Source of the DNA: Octopus bimaculoides
Taxonomy: Eukaryota
Reading direction: 5' to 3'
Length of the DNA stretch: 37,090 nucleotides
NCBI RefSeq assembly: GCF_001194135.2
Contig: NC_068981.1
Span: forward strand, 150,197,470-150,234,559
Shown here one piece after another: positions 1 to 14,168 of the stretch (the first letter of the stretch is position 1; every line of letters begins with the position of its first letter). A program made the position numbers and the translations under genes. The notes beneath the pieces are model-generated. The model did no database searches. It had not been told where the DNA came from and was given only the letters and a program-made list of their open reading frames with translations.

Positions 1-80
1 TTTGGGGGTTGTTGCTTCACCGATCATATTTGTTTCCAGAATTTCTCTAGTTCTTCTGCTGTTGGTGCTGAAGTAATGTC

Positions 81-82
81 TA

Positions 83-167
<85 letters not shown>

Positions 168-215
168 CATCATCATCATTATTATTATTATTTTGTTGCT
201 GTTGTTGTTGTTGTT
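81..215. repeat. (ATT)n microsatellite grading into (GTT)n
   Basis: Direct trinucleotide runs; explains the poly-Ile ORF 76..318. Confidence 0.97.
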
Positions 216-254
216 AAAGTGGACAAATACATACCAGTATTTTGTCCGGCTTCA

Positions 255-348
255 GCCGAGGTCGACTTTCGCTTTCATCCTTTCAGAGTCGATGAAATAC
301 GTACCGGTTGAGTACTAGGGTCAAAGTAATCGACCAGTCCCCGTCCCC
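255..348 (+). mobile_element. tRNA-derived SINE family A, 3' body fragment
   Basis: gccgaggtcgactttcgctttcatcctttcagagtcgatgaaatacgtaccggttgagtactagggtc matches the SINE bodies at 29588-29959 and 32416-32626. Confidence 0.85.
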
Positions 349-3300
349 ACAGTGGTTACAAAAGAGAGGGTCATCGTTATTATTAACTACTGTAAACTGG
401 GGTTTTTTTCACGGGGAACAAGGAAATGGACTATACCATGATTATTCATTGGTAAAAATGTGTCTTTTCTTCTTCCCTCTCTCTAGAATATTGATAAAGA
501 TTTTTCTAAAGATAAAGAGTCCACCCTAACTCCTTTAGGCGGGGCAAACGAATAGCTCTGAGGCGTGTGATGCTTAATTGGCGAAACTGAAAATATCATT
601 ATCTATACCTTTTAAATGTCGAGGCATTGTCTCATAACAGAATAAAATAATACCAGTATTGGTATTATTTTATTTGTATTTATTTCAACCAATATTTGTT
701 TTGATATTATTGTATTTAACTGCATAAATTTCTAGCATCTGTCATTAGCAATATTTACTCTTGTTGCAAGATGGCCTCTGCAGAATAAAAAGAAAAGACA
801 CTGTTCACTATAGAGTCGGTGGCAATAACCTAAATAGTTTAAGCAAACACAACCCCAATTATTTTCAAACACGAAAACAGATTTAAAAGAACAGACAATG
901 TGGAAAATTAAGCAAACTGGCAGAAATTCAAGCTGAAATTCTTACAGTTGAACAATAGAAAACACAAGATAAATACAAAGAACAAAGTTGAAAATATTAA
1001 TTCAAATCGAAAATGAAAACGGTGCAAACAATTCAAGTAGCATTGACAGTATCGACATCACCGTCAACAACAAAACAACAGTACATCTTTTGTAACTGTT
1101 GTAGGTCATAAGGAGCTCCTCGATATTTCTTATCTCCAGAAAGAAAATGTAGGGAAGGTGAGAGAGAGGAGAGGAGAGGGGGAGAAGGAGTGGGGAAGGA
1201 GGGAAAGACACAGAAAGAGACAGAAAGAGGAAGTGAGAGAGCTTTTCTATCTGACAAATGTATTAAAGACCGAAGAAAGTAACATATTTCTGTATTCGAA
1301 TAATAGTGAGAATTTACATATGCTAACGAAAATGTTGCAGGGAGTGTCTAGTCACGGAGAGTTGGTGAACCATATCCTCATTCTTCTGCTGTTGCTGCAG
1401 TACACTGATAAAATGAAGACAGATAATAGTACTGGTGTTTACCATTGCTTTGTTCTTACTTCTGTGACGCAACACATGTAGATAGTGGGTGGGAGCTGAC
1501 CCCCACCCAGCAACATTGGCTGTGTTAGGGCTGAATGGGTGTCCAGATTTCGAAGTACAACGATGATATCACTATCATTTATGTGTATATTATCGAGAAA
1601 ATGGTGCCGTTATTATACGCGTGGTAGCAAAGATTATCTGAATGCCTTCTGCCCAAAATAGAAAAATACAAGATAAAGATGTGACGAAAGAAAGGTGGTG
1701 ACCATATTAGGGCCCTAAACATAAGACAATGGCTAATACTGCCTTATTCTCACAGAACCTACGGCTGTATTTCTGAATTTTGCCGAACTGAAAGCAAAGA
1801 CAAATAAATCTCGATCCATTTGCACCTGGGTCTAATGTTGTAGAACAATGAGAAACCGTAGGGTTTACTCCCCCAGTGCAGAACGGACCGCACGAAATGG
1901 ACGGAAAGAATCCTTACATTATCCTCTTGAAGTAGAGAAAAGGAGATAGAGATTGAGGAAAGGTAAGAAACCACATAGATCAATAAAAAAATTAAGATGA
2001 GACAGAAATCAAAGACTTAATGGAGAGATTAACAATAGATAGGGTGCTGATTGTCAACAAACTGAAACCTAATTTCCTGAAGTGCATGACTTTTATTACT
2101 GTCCGAATCAGGTATGGTCTTGTGGAACTAATGAATGAAGTAAAAGGGAAAGGCAAAGGGTATGCTCAGATTGAAGTGGAGATTAATAACGTTTACACCA
2201 AAATGATAGATTCTTGGTGGAAACCACAGCAACATTTATCTAGAGATAACGAAATACCAAATGATGAGGGGCTTCTCCATGATATGGCGAAATCTGGAAT
2301 ATTCAAGATTAGTGTATTTACCAATCATATAAACTCATAATTTATAGTATGTATAAACATTTGAATGATATACAAAGTGATCAATAATTTAAAGATCAAT
2401 ATTTTTTCATTCTTGAGTTTAGATATAAACTGCCACTATATCATTTGTTGTTCTACAAACTGGCTTTCGTTTATATGACTTTATCAATTTAGAAGCTTAC
2501 CTTGAACTTTCACATTCCATTTATCTTTTTTATATCCAATATTATGCAAAAACTTCTTTTCCAGAACATTATTCACTATCAACTTTTTGTTTACAAGTTA
2601 AAAAATTTAGCTCCCTGAATTGGACATTAACGAAACGTGTATAATTCAGTTATCCCTATTTTCTGGCTTAAGATATCGTATATTAGCTCAAAAACATACC
2701 GTTGGTTCTCAGATAAGTTATTTATAACACTGGGTCCCCCAGCATGGTCGTTGTCTAATGACTGAAACCAGTAGAATAATGAAAATAATAAAAGAATGAT
2801 GCATATAGTAAGTAACACTATTTGTTCAATTGCTATATAACAATTTTACAGCTCTTTGAATATGATTAGCCAAGCAATATTTCTATCAAATCTTTGTCTG
2901 AATTCAAGCAAATGATATTTCGATTTAATTGGTTGGTACCTCCATGCAGTAATGCAATAGAATAGAAATGTAAAGTTCCCAGAGTGCCGAGTCTGCTATA
3001 CAGTTTCAGTTCTTTTATAGCAATTTACTTTTACTCAGAACACTAATTCCCATGATAGATCCTTGAAACTCTCGTAATTACATTCCTCTCCTACAAATCT
3101 GAGGTATACCAATCCTGGCATTATTTTATTCTTTGTTTGATGACAATACTTCGAAAGGTCGAGATAAAGATATTTTCCATGCGGCCTATTAAATAATACA
3201 CGCTTTCTGGTTATTCGTCTACGCTCTCGTATGCACAGAAGACAGATAACGTGGCTACTTTTATAGTATGTTTAAAAATCACGAAGACAGTTATTGATGG

Positions 3301-3799
3301 TGAGATTTCAAAAAGCAATGCATATGAAGCTTAACATATACCACCCTCATAAAATCAATGCATCTAATTGTCCATTGAAGATTACCGCTGATTACCGATA
3401 ATCTAGTATACATTTAAGAATGTAAATATGCATATGTGTGTGTATTTGTGTATGTGTGTGTGTGTATGTTTGTGTGTGTGTGTAAAAGCATGCATATATG
3501 TATGTAGTTTACTGAGCGGGTTGGTTCTATTCTATACTTAGTTATCCAGCCTCATCCTATATCCATATAGTAATTTGAAAGATCTGTGAAGGGTTGAATC
3601 ATTTTGGTACACATACAATTAAGTTTTATCGCGTTTTTGATGAAAACACGTGTATATAAATTAGTATATATGCGTATATGATGCGTGCATGTATTATGCA
3701 CATATAATAAACATGTGTATTCATAACCCTGTTTATGTATAGTATACATAAAGTTTCAATGAAGCACTAGAAGTTTTTTAAAGTACAGTGAAAATCGAT

Positions 3800-4470
3800 G
3801 TACACATAGTCATCTATTTTAGATATGCCGATAAATGATCCCTATTGGTGGTAGCTTAGAATTGACGATCATGATGACGAAACTAGAAGAAAATGGTAAA
3901 GAATATAGTTTGCTCATTAATTTTGAGAAAATTGGATCAATGACTATCTTTGGACATATGATTAAGACGTCCATATAATAATTGATGACCAAACTGTCAG
4001 AATGGTGTATATATCATGCTAAATTGGAAGTATGTTACGAATCAATGTGATGACAGAAACGAGATGAAATGAAGGATAACACCAGCAAAATCTGATATCA
4101 TTTGGGAAGAATACATCAATGCGTAATAAAAAAATAATAATGAAATAAAAAATAAAAACGGATAAAATTCCTCCAAACTTTGTAACTTAGTGATGCATGA
4201 ATGTTGGACTCTTAACGAACCTGATATAAGAAGAAAGATTTCATGTCAAATGTTTAAAACAAAAGATGCAAAGAATTAGCTGAGCCGTAAAGTAAGGACA
4301 AAACAGTATTTTCTCAAACTGGGATTGAATAGCATCATGTAAACAGACAGAAGAAACAAAATCGTAGATAGTTCGTGCATACAAAATCGATGGATGTTAC
4401 GAAAATTCTGGAAAAGTCCAAGAGAAAGATCTAGTAAGAAACTGGATTAGTAATATTGTGGAGAGAATAT
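3800..4470 (+). mobile_element. Decayed RTE-type LINE, RT C-terminal half
   Basis: Hand translation across frameshifts: RYAD at 3821, then KLEENGKEYSLLINFEK, and ECWTL at 4199-4213. These are RTE RT motifs in the expected order. Confidence 0.6.
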
Positions 4471-4479
4471 ATTTTAAAA

Positions 4480-4905
4480 TGCGTGACTGTGAGGTAGGAA
4501 GTTTGCTTCTCAACCACATGATCTAGGGTTCAGTCCTATTGCGTGGCACCTGGGACAAGTGTCCTCTACTTTAGCCCTTGGTCGACAAAAGCCTTGTGAG
4601 TGGATTTGGTAGATGGAAACTGAAAGAAACCAGTAATTTATGTGTATGTGTGTGTGTGTGTGTGTGTGTGTTTGTGTGTGTACGTGCGAATGTGTGTGTG
4701 CATGTGTTTGTGTTTATATTAGTACTTCACCACCGCTTGATAACCGTGTTTGGTTTGTTTACATCCGAGTAACTTAGCAGCTTGGCAACAGATATAAATA
4801 ACAAATTTTTAAAAAATAAATTCTGGCATCGATAATTCGACTGAACTGTTCAAGGCGGCGCCCCAGCATGACAGCAGTCAAATGAGTGAAACAAGTAAAA
4901 GATAA
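4480..4905 (+). mobile_element. tRNA-derived SINE family B with internal (TG)n, near full length
   Basis: Head with B-box-like ggttcagtcc, body gccttgtgagtggatttggtagatggaaactgaaagaa, internal (TG)n, and a tail ccagcatgacagcagtcaaatgagtgaaacaagtaaaaga mirrored by the minus-strand copy at 33155-33385. Confidence 0.85.
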
Positions 4906-5969
4906 AAAATAATAAAAAAGAACAAGATAAAATGGAGACTTAAAGGAGAAATCTGCTACGCCCCATGTGATGGTGTTTGCACAATGATGATATTGTATGT
5001 ATGTGTGTGTGTGTGTATGTGTGTGCCCTTCTAGTTTTACGTAACAATTGCCCGTAACTGTTTATTGAGTATCAAATTAACTTCTGTTGGTCAAAGCTCC
5101 ATAACAAGTTGCCGAGGTTACAAGATAGCCAGGATCACATTACGTACAAATCGTTGATCCAATCCATTGGAAAGCAAATTGCTGCCAATCGTAGGAGCTA
5201 CTGCTTCAAAGACCAGGATCCTCCCCACACCCCTGAAGTTGATATTTCCTTTTAAATTTTTAGTGTGTACATCAATATCTTCGTGGTTGACTTAATCTGT
5301 CAACCGGTTTAACGCCTGCATTTTACTCCTGAATGCCTTGATTTTTGTTCCCGCTGATATCAGAATTGGTATCGGGGCGTCATAAGACAGCGCTTAAAGC
5401 GACATCTAGGTGCTTTGCTTCTTCCATCAACAACATAATATATGAGCATTGTGGAAAGAATACACTCTAATGCACGTTATAGATGTATGTCTGTGCATAT
5501 ATGAGAGTGTGTGCATGTCTTATATATCTGTTTTTGTTGATGTGTGTATATATATATCTACATACCTACTACATAATCTTTACTCCCCACTCCAACTCTT
5601 CAATTTTTCTGGACAATTTTCTTCTGTTTTTTATAACAGCCGTCATACCAACAAATCAGATGTGACCACATTCGGATCTCAGGTGGTAAAGAATCCATGC
5701 TATACTATTACTTTCAGCTGATCCTGGTGATTGCAGGTGTTATCTTAAATTCTACTCTAGAACCGGTTATTAAACTGGCTTATACGAGAAAATATTTTTA
5801 TTCTATTAATAATAAAAGGACAACTCTACTAACCTGTATATATGTACCCACATTTTTCTGATGCATGAATTTTCAGAGAATTATACGCGCGTGTGTGTGT
5901 GTGTTTTCGTGTGTGCATAGATATATCGACATATACGTATATTAAACTTGTATATATTTACGTAATGTA

Positions 5970-6110
5970 GGTACGTGTGCTCGTGGTCAAGGATATTCGA
6001 CTCATGATCATAACGTTCAATTCTTTGACTGGTCGGCACTCTGCTGCCTAGAGCAATGCAGTTCATACCGCACTGCTCGTGTCTTCTCGGTTGAAAGTGT
6101 TGTATCACCC
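5970..6110 (+). mobile_element. Highly decayed SINE head (family C-like)
   Basis: gtggtcaaggatattcgactcatgatcataacgttcaattc ... cctagagcaatgca loosely resembles the heads at 19788 and 20283. Confidence 0.4.
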
Positions 6111-6519
6111 AAGTGTTGTACAACACTTTGTCTCATTTCATCTCTCGTATTTTAGATGATCCATTGTGCAAACTGTTTTCGTATATCAATTCTGCAATTA
6201 TTGGTGTAAAATTAACCTAGAGTTTTGTCCTTTCTTTTACTAAAACGCATAAAGCCGCAGCTTCCATTAACACAATAGATTTGAATCAGTTCCCTTTGTT
6301 TTTGGCTTACTGCTCCTCGTGTTTATTTTCTGGTATTTCCGGAAGGTTTGGCGCCACCTGTTCTTGAGTGAAAATGTTATGTCTCACGCTACTGCTATTT
6401 AGCACCTTCGGATGATCTCTACTCGACTGCTACTCAACAGCTACTGAACAGTCACTCAACTCCCTACCACGGTCAGACTACCTCTATTTATATGTCTTGG
6501 GCGATCCTACTTCTTCGGT

Positions 6520-7400
6520 TGGAGACGTCAACACAACAGAAACTTACTTTTGTTTTCTTGTAGGTTCCGTATCATTTCATTCTGCGCATACTGAGTGTTT
6601 GTCAAGTGCAATACATTACCAGCTAATCCAAACCGATGTAAGGACATGCTTTGCAGCGATTGGGATTTGCTTTCCAGAAAGGATTTTTCTTTTGCGATAA
6701 TGCCAGCCTTATTGACTTCAAGAATCTTTCATAAGAGTCATTCATAAAATGTTTCCAGCTTCTTGGTTAAGTTTTTGGTCAGTCTCCATGTTTCACTGCA
6801 GAAATATTGCGCTAGACAATTACGCAAATATTGCGCTTACAGAAATATAGCACATACAGAAATATTGCTCTAAATAGACGGACCTTTACAGCAATGTTGA
6901 TTCTTCTTAGATTCATGACTTATACTGAATTATGGATGCAATCTTACCAATTCATTTCTTCACATCATTTTTTAATGTTTTCACTATAACTGATCACACT
7001 GACCGCGTAGTAAAAAGTATAGGTTTTGGCTGCCCATTGCGGCCGGCATATGTTGAACACGTTATGCCATGCTACTGGAAGCTAGCGTCCGACGAGGACG
7101 GGAGATTTGAGTTATGGAATTAATCCGAACAGCATATTTTTTCCATAGCTAATTTTCAATCCAATTTTTCATGCTTGCTCTTTGATGTTTGCAGTCTAAT
7201 TCATATAATGCAATGTCATCGTCAAAGCCCAAATCGCAATGCGTTTCCATTATTTCCCACTTAGTTTTGCAGTGCTTCCATTAGTTTCCATCATCATTAC
7301 GAAGCCAACTGCTAACAAGAACGAGAGGGGCAGGAGGGAGCAGCCTTGTGGGACGCCAACGATGTGATAAATTATCAGCAAGTTTATTAGCACTGTAACG
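6520..7400 (-). mobile_element. Decayed RTE-type LINE RT fragment
   Basis: Minus-strand translation: GVPQGCSLLPLSFLLAV (around 7357-7310), GFDDDIAL (around 7230-7207), GLKIS, and SETWRLTKNLTKKLETF (from 6797 down), in canonical RT order. Confidence 0.75.
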
Positions 7401-7645
7401 TGGAGGATAATGAACAGTCAGAAACAATCATGATGACATTTAGATAGTGGATGGCTAAGCTGTTATTGTTGTTCATGATGATGAGAAGTAGAGAGAGAGG
7501 ACAAAGACTAGGAAGAGGTGAACGGATAAGAAGGAGAAGAACATCGTTGAATGTGAGCATTGGGGACACAATGATAATGGTGAGGAATGGGAGCAGTACG
7601 GTCTCGAAGAGGAGATTTCAAAACACTTTGTTCTTCTGTTCATAT

Positions 7646-7646
<1 letters not shown>

Positions 7647-7679
<33 letters not shown>

Positions 7680-8451
7680 GTGGGGGCGAAATATAATGGT
7701 GGTGGTGATGGTGGTGGTGATGCTGTTGTTGCTGCTGATGTGGATAAGATATAACTAGTTGATTATATTTCTAATGATAATATAATAAATATCGATAATG
7801 ACCGTCAACTTGATCCAGATTATTATAGTAATGATGATGGTGCTGTTGTTGTTGTTGTTGTTGATGATGATGATGTTGATGATGATGACGACGACGACGA
7901 CGATGGTGGTGGTGGTGGTGGTGGTGATATTGGCGTTATAGGAGCAATATCGATGCTGGAAACTATCATTATGACAAAAGATATAACAGAAATGGTTCGA
8001 TGATGTTACTAAAGTTATTGTTGTTGTTGTTGTTGTTGTTAATGATGATGATGATGATGATGATGATGGAAAGGAGGCGGATTAAGGCTTAGAAGAAGGC
8101 GGTACAGCTTCTGATGTGGTTGCTGGTATTGATGAGACTGACAATGATGATGATGATGATGATGATGATGGCGAGGCGGTGGAGGAAATATGAAAAGTTG
8201 AGGATAATGGTAATTAAAATACAAAGAAAAGTTGACGATGGCTGTGACGACCATCGTCGTCGTCATCATCGTCACCACCACTATCACCATCATCATCAGC
8301 AGCAGCAGCAAAAGCAGCAACAGCAGCATCGTCATCATCATCGTTCGTCACCATCATAGTCGTAACAATGACGGCTATGATATTGATGATTATGATAGTG
8401 GTGATGAAGATTATGATACAGGGGAAAGAAAATTATCTTAGCGAGGATGAC

Positions 8452-8493
<42 letters not shown>

Positions 8494-8494
8494 C

Positions 8495-8525
<31 letters not shown>

Positions 8526-8526
8526 A

Positions 8527-8613
<87 letters not shown>

Positions 8614-8761
8614 CATAATCATTATCATTATCAATATTATTATTATCATTATTATTATTATTATTATTATCATAATCATTATCATTATCAATATTATTAT
8701 TATCATTATTATTATTATTATTATTATCATAATCATTATCATTATCAATATTATTATTATC

Positions 8762-8792
<31 letters not shown>

Positions 8793-8843
8793 ATATTATT
8801 ATTATGATCATTATCATTATCAATATTATCATTATTATTATCA

Positions 8844-8876
<33 letters not shown>

Positions 8877-8905
8877 ATATTATTATTATTATTATTATTA
8901 TTACC

Positions 8906-8943
<38 letters not shown>

Positions 8944-8946
8944 CAA

Positions 8947-8998
<52 letters not shown>

Positions 8999-9800
8999 GT
9001 TATTCGAAGGATACTGAGGATGAAAGTATTGAACATGTAGATGATGATACTATTGTTGTTTTTCTTTATGTTGGTCATAAGGTGGGGGTGCTGATGACGA
9101 TGATAGTAATGAAGGAGAGGATTATGGTGATATTGAGGTTGAACATGTTGCTGCTGCTGCTGTTGTGGATGCTGATCATGTTCAGGATTATAATGGTGAT
9201 GATGATGACGATGATGATGATGATGGTGGTGGTGGTGGAGACGACGTTGGTTAGTGCTAGCTATTCGTTATTGTTGCTAATAACTTTTTTTTATAGATGT
9301 TTATGTTTTTAATGCCTTTTATTCATGAAGGGGGAAAATAGCTTTTGGATTTTTACTAATACAGCTGCAACTGCTGCTGCAGAAATTGATGCTTCCCTTT
9401 GCTGCTGCTGCTGCTGCTAGCATATTGTTACTGTTGTTGCTGTTGTCGCTTTTATCTCTGTCGTTGTAGTATTTTTGTATTACTTTTGTTCTTGCCGTTG
9501 TTGTCAACATCAACGTCGTCGTTGTCATCACAGTCTTTTTTTTAATTTTGTTTCTTAATGATTCTGTTGCTATATTTGTTATAGATATCGATAACTGGCT
9601 TGTCGCTGATTTTTACTGCTGCTCTCACAGCTATTGTCCTCAATTCTGTCGTCGTTCTTATTGCTGTTGCTGTCTTCGATGTTTTTAACGATGTCGCTCT
9701 TGTTGCTGTATTCATTGCTGCCTATCTTATCCTATTAATATTGTTAGTGCTGCTGTTACCGTTCTTGCTGTTGCTGCTCTTGCATTTGCTGTTGTTGTTA
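7647..9800. repeat. Large compound trinucleotide low-complexity block (GAT/GGT/GTT/CAT/CAG) around an (ATT)n/(CAT)n core at about 8450-9000
   Basis: Direct reading; accounts for all poly-I/Y/M/H ORFs in 8039-9312. Confidence 0.95.
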
Positions 9801-12800
9801 CTGTAATCTGTTTTATGGAACAGCGGCGGACGACTCATTGAGTTACGCTAGCCTTAAAACATTGCCGTAGTTGTTTTGCTTTGTTTTCTGTTTTATTTTT
9901 ATTTATTTATTTTTTTTTTGCTGCTAACAAATTCCTGTTTATAGATGTGTAATGCAGTATACTTTATTAGTGCAGAAGTAGAAAAAAAATGTAGTGCAAT
10001 ATAGTGTATTACAGCGTAGTGTAATTTTAGTGAAACGTCGTAGAGTTCTGACATTCAGAAGTATTTATAATCTACGAGTCTAGTGTTGTAGAGCAGAGCC
10101 GTGGTGGTAGTGGTGGAGATCCAATGTACAGTACTACTGTAAGGCGTTGTGTAATGTATAAGTAGTTAGTAGTAATATAGAAGTGTAGAATAATGGGATG
10201 TGTTGTATTTTAATGTTGAGTAGGTTTTATGCAGAAATAATTAATGTCGCCTCGGCAGAAATTTTCTTTAGGTTTCTCTTACTATATTTGTCCTTTTAAT
10301 CTCATCCAGATCAGCATTACCTTTTCTCTTTCCTCCAGAGCAGCGGAATTAAATCCGAGTAATATGCAAGAATCGATTCAATCAACTAAACATCCTCTTT
10401 TCTAGTAATTGACATTGTACACTTCTAAAAAAAAAAAAAAAAAGAAAGTAAGAAAGAAAAACATAATTTTTTTTTTTTTTCAATTCAGCAAGGAAGAAGA
10501 AATATCCTGATTTAACTGAATGTTTACTTATGAATCAAGGCTGTGGGTTATTGCAATATAATGCAATATATTGCAATATTAAGTGTTTAGTTTATTTCTT
10601 TCACACGAATTCTGTCGTTCTCTCCGTATCTGTGTTGAAACTGAAGCATTTCCAGTTTGTCTTTTAGCTGTTGGTGTTCTCTTTTTTTTTTTTGTATCGT
10701 TCATTCTCATTGCTTTTGCTGCAATTCTGTTTATTCCACCGTATCGTGTTCTTAAAATATATGCTACAGCAACATTGAAGCTAAGCTGCAATGTAAAAGC
10801 TTAACCGCATGTTGCGATTTCTGTTTTAGATGGGAAGATTTCACACTATAATTGCCAAAAATGCTTCTAAAAAGACATGCCCACCATCATAAACTCCCTT
10901 ATAATGTCGAGTGTTTTATTGAGCCTTTCTTTCTATTCAGAATATATGAGTGATAAAATACAACTGTAAAATATATATTCTGAAGGATGTTACTGCAGTT
11001 GCTTTAATTTTAATGTAAATCATTATCGATGTTTTATTTATACACATTGGTATCAGATTTATAGTATCATGGGTGATGATATTATGTGACATCCTTGCAG
11101 ATAGATTTACAGATGATGGCAATTTCTTCGAGTTCGATGATCACGATGAAGCACGGTATGCCCTGAATTGGCAATGTAAACCGGTCCTTGATGTTACAAG
11201 TCTTTTCTTCCTACCTGCGCTTGGGGCCCCACTACCAGATGCAGTTTAAGGTCATCCCCTGGACTGGATAGATTTACAAACTTACGTGGAATTAACATAT
11301 GTCACTTAGTTAAATTGTTTTGCTCTGCGTTATTCCTCAAGAGGATCAGCAATTGTATTTACCTACAAAAATGTAATTAAACCAAACAAAATTAAATAAG
11401 TTTTAGAAATTAATTTAGAAAGGTTTCAGTTACAAATCTGCTGTGAAAGTTATAAAATTTAAACCTTTACTATTTTTCTACATTTTTTTCTGTCTGCCAC
11501 TGTAAGAAAATGATACCTATCTATAGTGCAAATATTAGATGCAATAATTTAATCTTTTAAATATCAACTGCAGTGTGCGCCTAAAATCGCTATCTGATTC
11601 GTATTTGCGTTTTACAGGCTCTACAATATAATGACATTCTAGTTAGATCCTAATTAGGGTATCTATACATGTTGTGTTGTTATTTTTGCTTGGCTCTAGA
11701 CCTACAATGAATCACATTCCAACACTAAACACTCCTCTTTGTATTTAGACGTGTATTAACACGTGTAAATTGAGATGCTATATTCAGTAGGTTGATTAAC
11801 CGCAGAAATTTTCCGTTGCTGGCTGGAGAACGCAAAATACACGACTGCATTAGTACAACATGGACATGCTAAATGCTGTAGTAGAGAGGTGAAGATTAGT
11901 ATCTTGATACTGAAGCGTAGAGTTATATGACGAAGTTTAGTAGAGAAATATTCCACTGTTACAGCGTTTAATAGTGAAATAGTTCAATGTGAATTTGGAG
12001 TGTTCTGTAATAAAGTAGTTTTCAGTAATGTAGTAGTTGTCTGTATTTCTACTGTTACTTCTTTCTACCACTTTTAGAAAATAGTAGTCTAGTTATGTTG
12101 CACAGACTGGATGCAACAATTAATATAATTCGTACGTTCATTATGTATTATTTAGTTTATTAAAATACAGTATTGAAACAATTTCATCGTTTGAATATTG
12201 ACTATGGGCACTCAGAGTCAAACGCGAAATCAGATACCCACATATAACTATACTGCTTCATCTGATTCATATATATATATATAGATAGATAGATATATAA
12301 TGTAGTATAGTGTTCTATAATGTGATATATTTTTCTATTGTAAAACAGTGTTCCATAACGTAGCTATGTGTTCTATAGTATAATTTTTTATAATGTATGA
12401 ATGTGTTCTATAATGTAATATAGGGATTATAATGTGATATAGCATTCTATAGAATAGTAAAGCTTTATGTATGACGGTATAGTGCTCTATAAAGTACTGC
12501 AGAGATTTATAATGCAATCTTCTATGATGAAGTGTTGCCGTATCTAAGTACTACTGAATGGGAGCTCGAATATATTATTTCAAGTAATCATTTCTTTATA
12601 TCTTAACATCATAAATGTATTACAATCCTTTGGCATTTGAATTAAGGCCTGTTCTTTGGTTGAGAAAATTTTGCTTTACGAGTACTTAGTTACTGGTTCA
12701 ATCCCACAATGCAAATCTTGAATTACTAACTTCTACCAGAGTCACAGATTGATCAACTATTTGTGAGGGGAAAATTGTAGAATGTAACTATGCAGAAGCA

Positions 12801-12861
12801 TTTCGTATACACGCACACGCACATACACATACAAACACACACACACACATACACACACACA

Positions 12862-14124
12862 ATGTTTCCAGACTAGTTCTGTGTGCACCAGCAGGGCAGC
12901 ACCCGGTTGCGTGCGCTGTGAAAGCTAGCACAACCTACATGAGGTATGCCGAGTGACGTCGCTGTGTTTACCTCACAGGTTCTGAAATTTCTGTTTTTGA
13001 GATCATGTTTATACTGTAGTCTGCGATTTTGTTGTGGACAGGAAGCTGGAACAAAGAGCAAGCGTGAAATTTTGCTGTAGATTTGGGAAATCTGCTACGG
13101 AGACATTGAGCATATATCGGCAACCTTACGGTGACGAAGCAATGGGTCGTATACAATGTTTCGAGTAGCACGGGCGCTTCAAATGCAGAATAACGTCCCT
13201 GGAAGACGATGAGCGATCTGGAAGACCTGCCACAAGCGTCAACCCTGGAAATGTGGAGAAAATTCATCAGCTTGTACATGAGGATCAGCGGAGGACAATC
13301 AACAACATTGCTGATTTTTTTGGTCTGTCCTATGGGTCCATGCAGGTAATCCTAACGTCTGAATTGAACATGCGGCTTGTCTCTGCCAAGTTTGTCCTCC
13401 ACCTACTGACCACTGAACAGAAAGAAAATCGCGTCGAACAGTGCCGCTGATGAACCATCTCTCATGTCGAAGTTCATCATCGATGATGGGAGTTGGGTCT
13501 ACGGGGACGACCCTGAGATGAAGCAGCAGTCATCACATTGGAAGAGGCCTTCATCTCCAAAACCAGAGAAGGCACGATAGAATCACATCTCAATCAAGAG
13601 CATGCTCATCGTTTTTTTCGACATCGGCGATATTATGCACCGAGAATTCGTCCTCCAGTGTCAGGCCGTTCATGCGATGTTTTGAAACGTTTGAGGGAGG
13701 ACGTTCGGCGAAAGCGACCAGATCTGTGGAGTGTGAAGAATTGGATTATACACGAGGACAATGCACCCTGTCCCCCAACTCTCTTACTTCGTGAGTTTCT
13801 CGCCAAAAAGAACATGGTATCACTTTCGCACCCGCCTTATTCGCCATGTTTAGCACCTGCGGATTTCCATCTCTTCCCCAAGAGTAAAATGCAGCTCAAA
13901 GATCTCTGTTTTAACACTGTTCCCATGATCCAGAGCGAATCGTAGAAGGTCCTCGACTCGCTAACGGAAAACGACTTCCACGCATGTTTCCGAGAGTGGC
14001 AGGAATGCTGGGACTGGTGTACTGCTGCGCAAGTGGACTATTTCGAGGTTGATGAAGCTCGAACTTAAGTAAATAGGTAATTTGTTTTTTATATAATTAA
14101 TGCTGGAACTTTTTGATACCACCT

Positions 14125-14126
<2 letters not shown>
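12862..14126 (+). mobile_element. Mariner (Tc1/mariner, D34D) DNA transposon, decayed
   Basis: Transposase relic inside. The right TIR-like end gaactttttgataccacctcg (14106-14126) abuts (TA)n. The left TIR is reduced to about ttccagact after a (CA)n tract. Confidence 0.9.
13034..14068 (+). pseudogene. Mariner transposase pseudogene
   Basis: EQRASVKFC...DDERSGRP (HTH region), FVLHLL (WVPHEL-like), IIDDGSWV, HEDNAPC and YSPCLAPADFHLF, with 34 residues between the 2nd and 3rd catalytic D. Contains stops, frameshifts and two apparent internal deletions. Confidence 0.93.

Positions 14127-14168
<42 letters not shown>

Noticed and set aside
1486-1509. 8-bp GC hairpin (tgggtggg/cccaccca), and a 10-bp hairpin at 25555-25582, as Helitron ends
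   Set aside because: No CTRR terminus at the expected distance and no Helitron coding evidence.
2627-2818. NLSENQRYVFELI as a Pif1/Helitron helicase N-terminal motif
   Set aside because: No Walker A motif follows in any frame that I could read.
8230-9245. Apparent inverted symmetry of CAT/CAG-rich and GAT/GCT-rich blocks around the ATT core
   Set aside because: Only low-complexity complementarity, with no unique-sequence match.
8039-9312. Long ORFs (246, 314, 197 aa) rich in I, Y, M, H
   Set aside because: Translations of trinucleotide microsatellites.
10583-10804. 73-aa hydrophobic ORF
   Set aside because: Hydrophobicity comes from T-rich low-complexity DNA; no motif or splice support.
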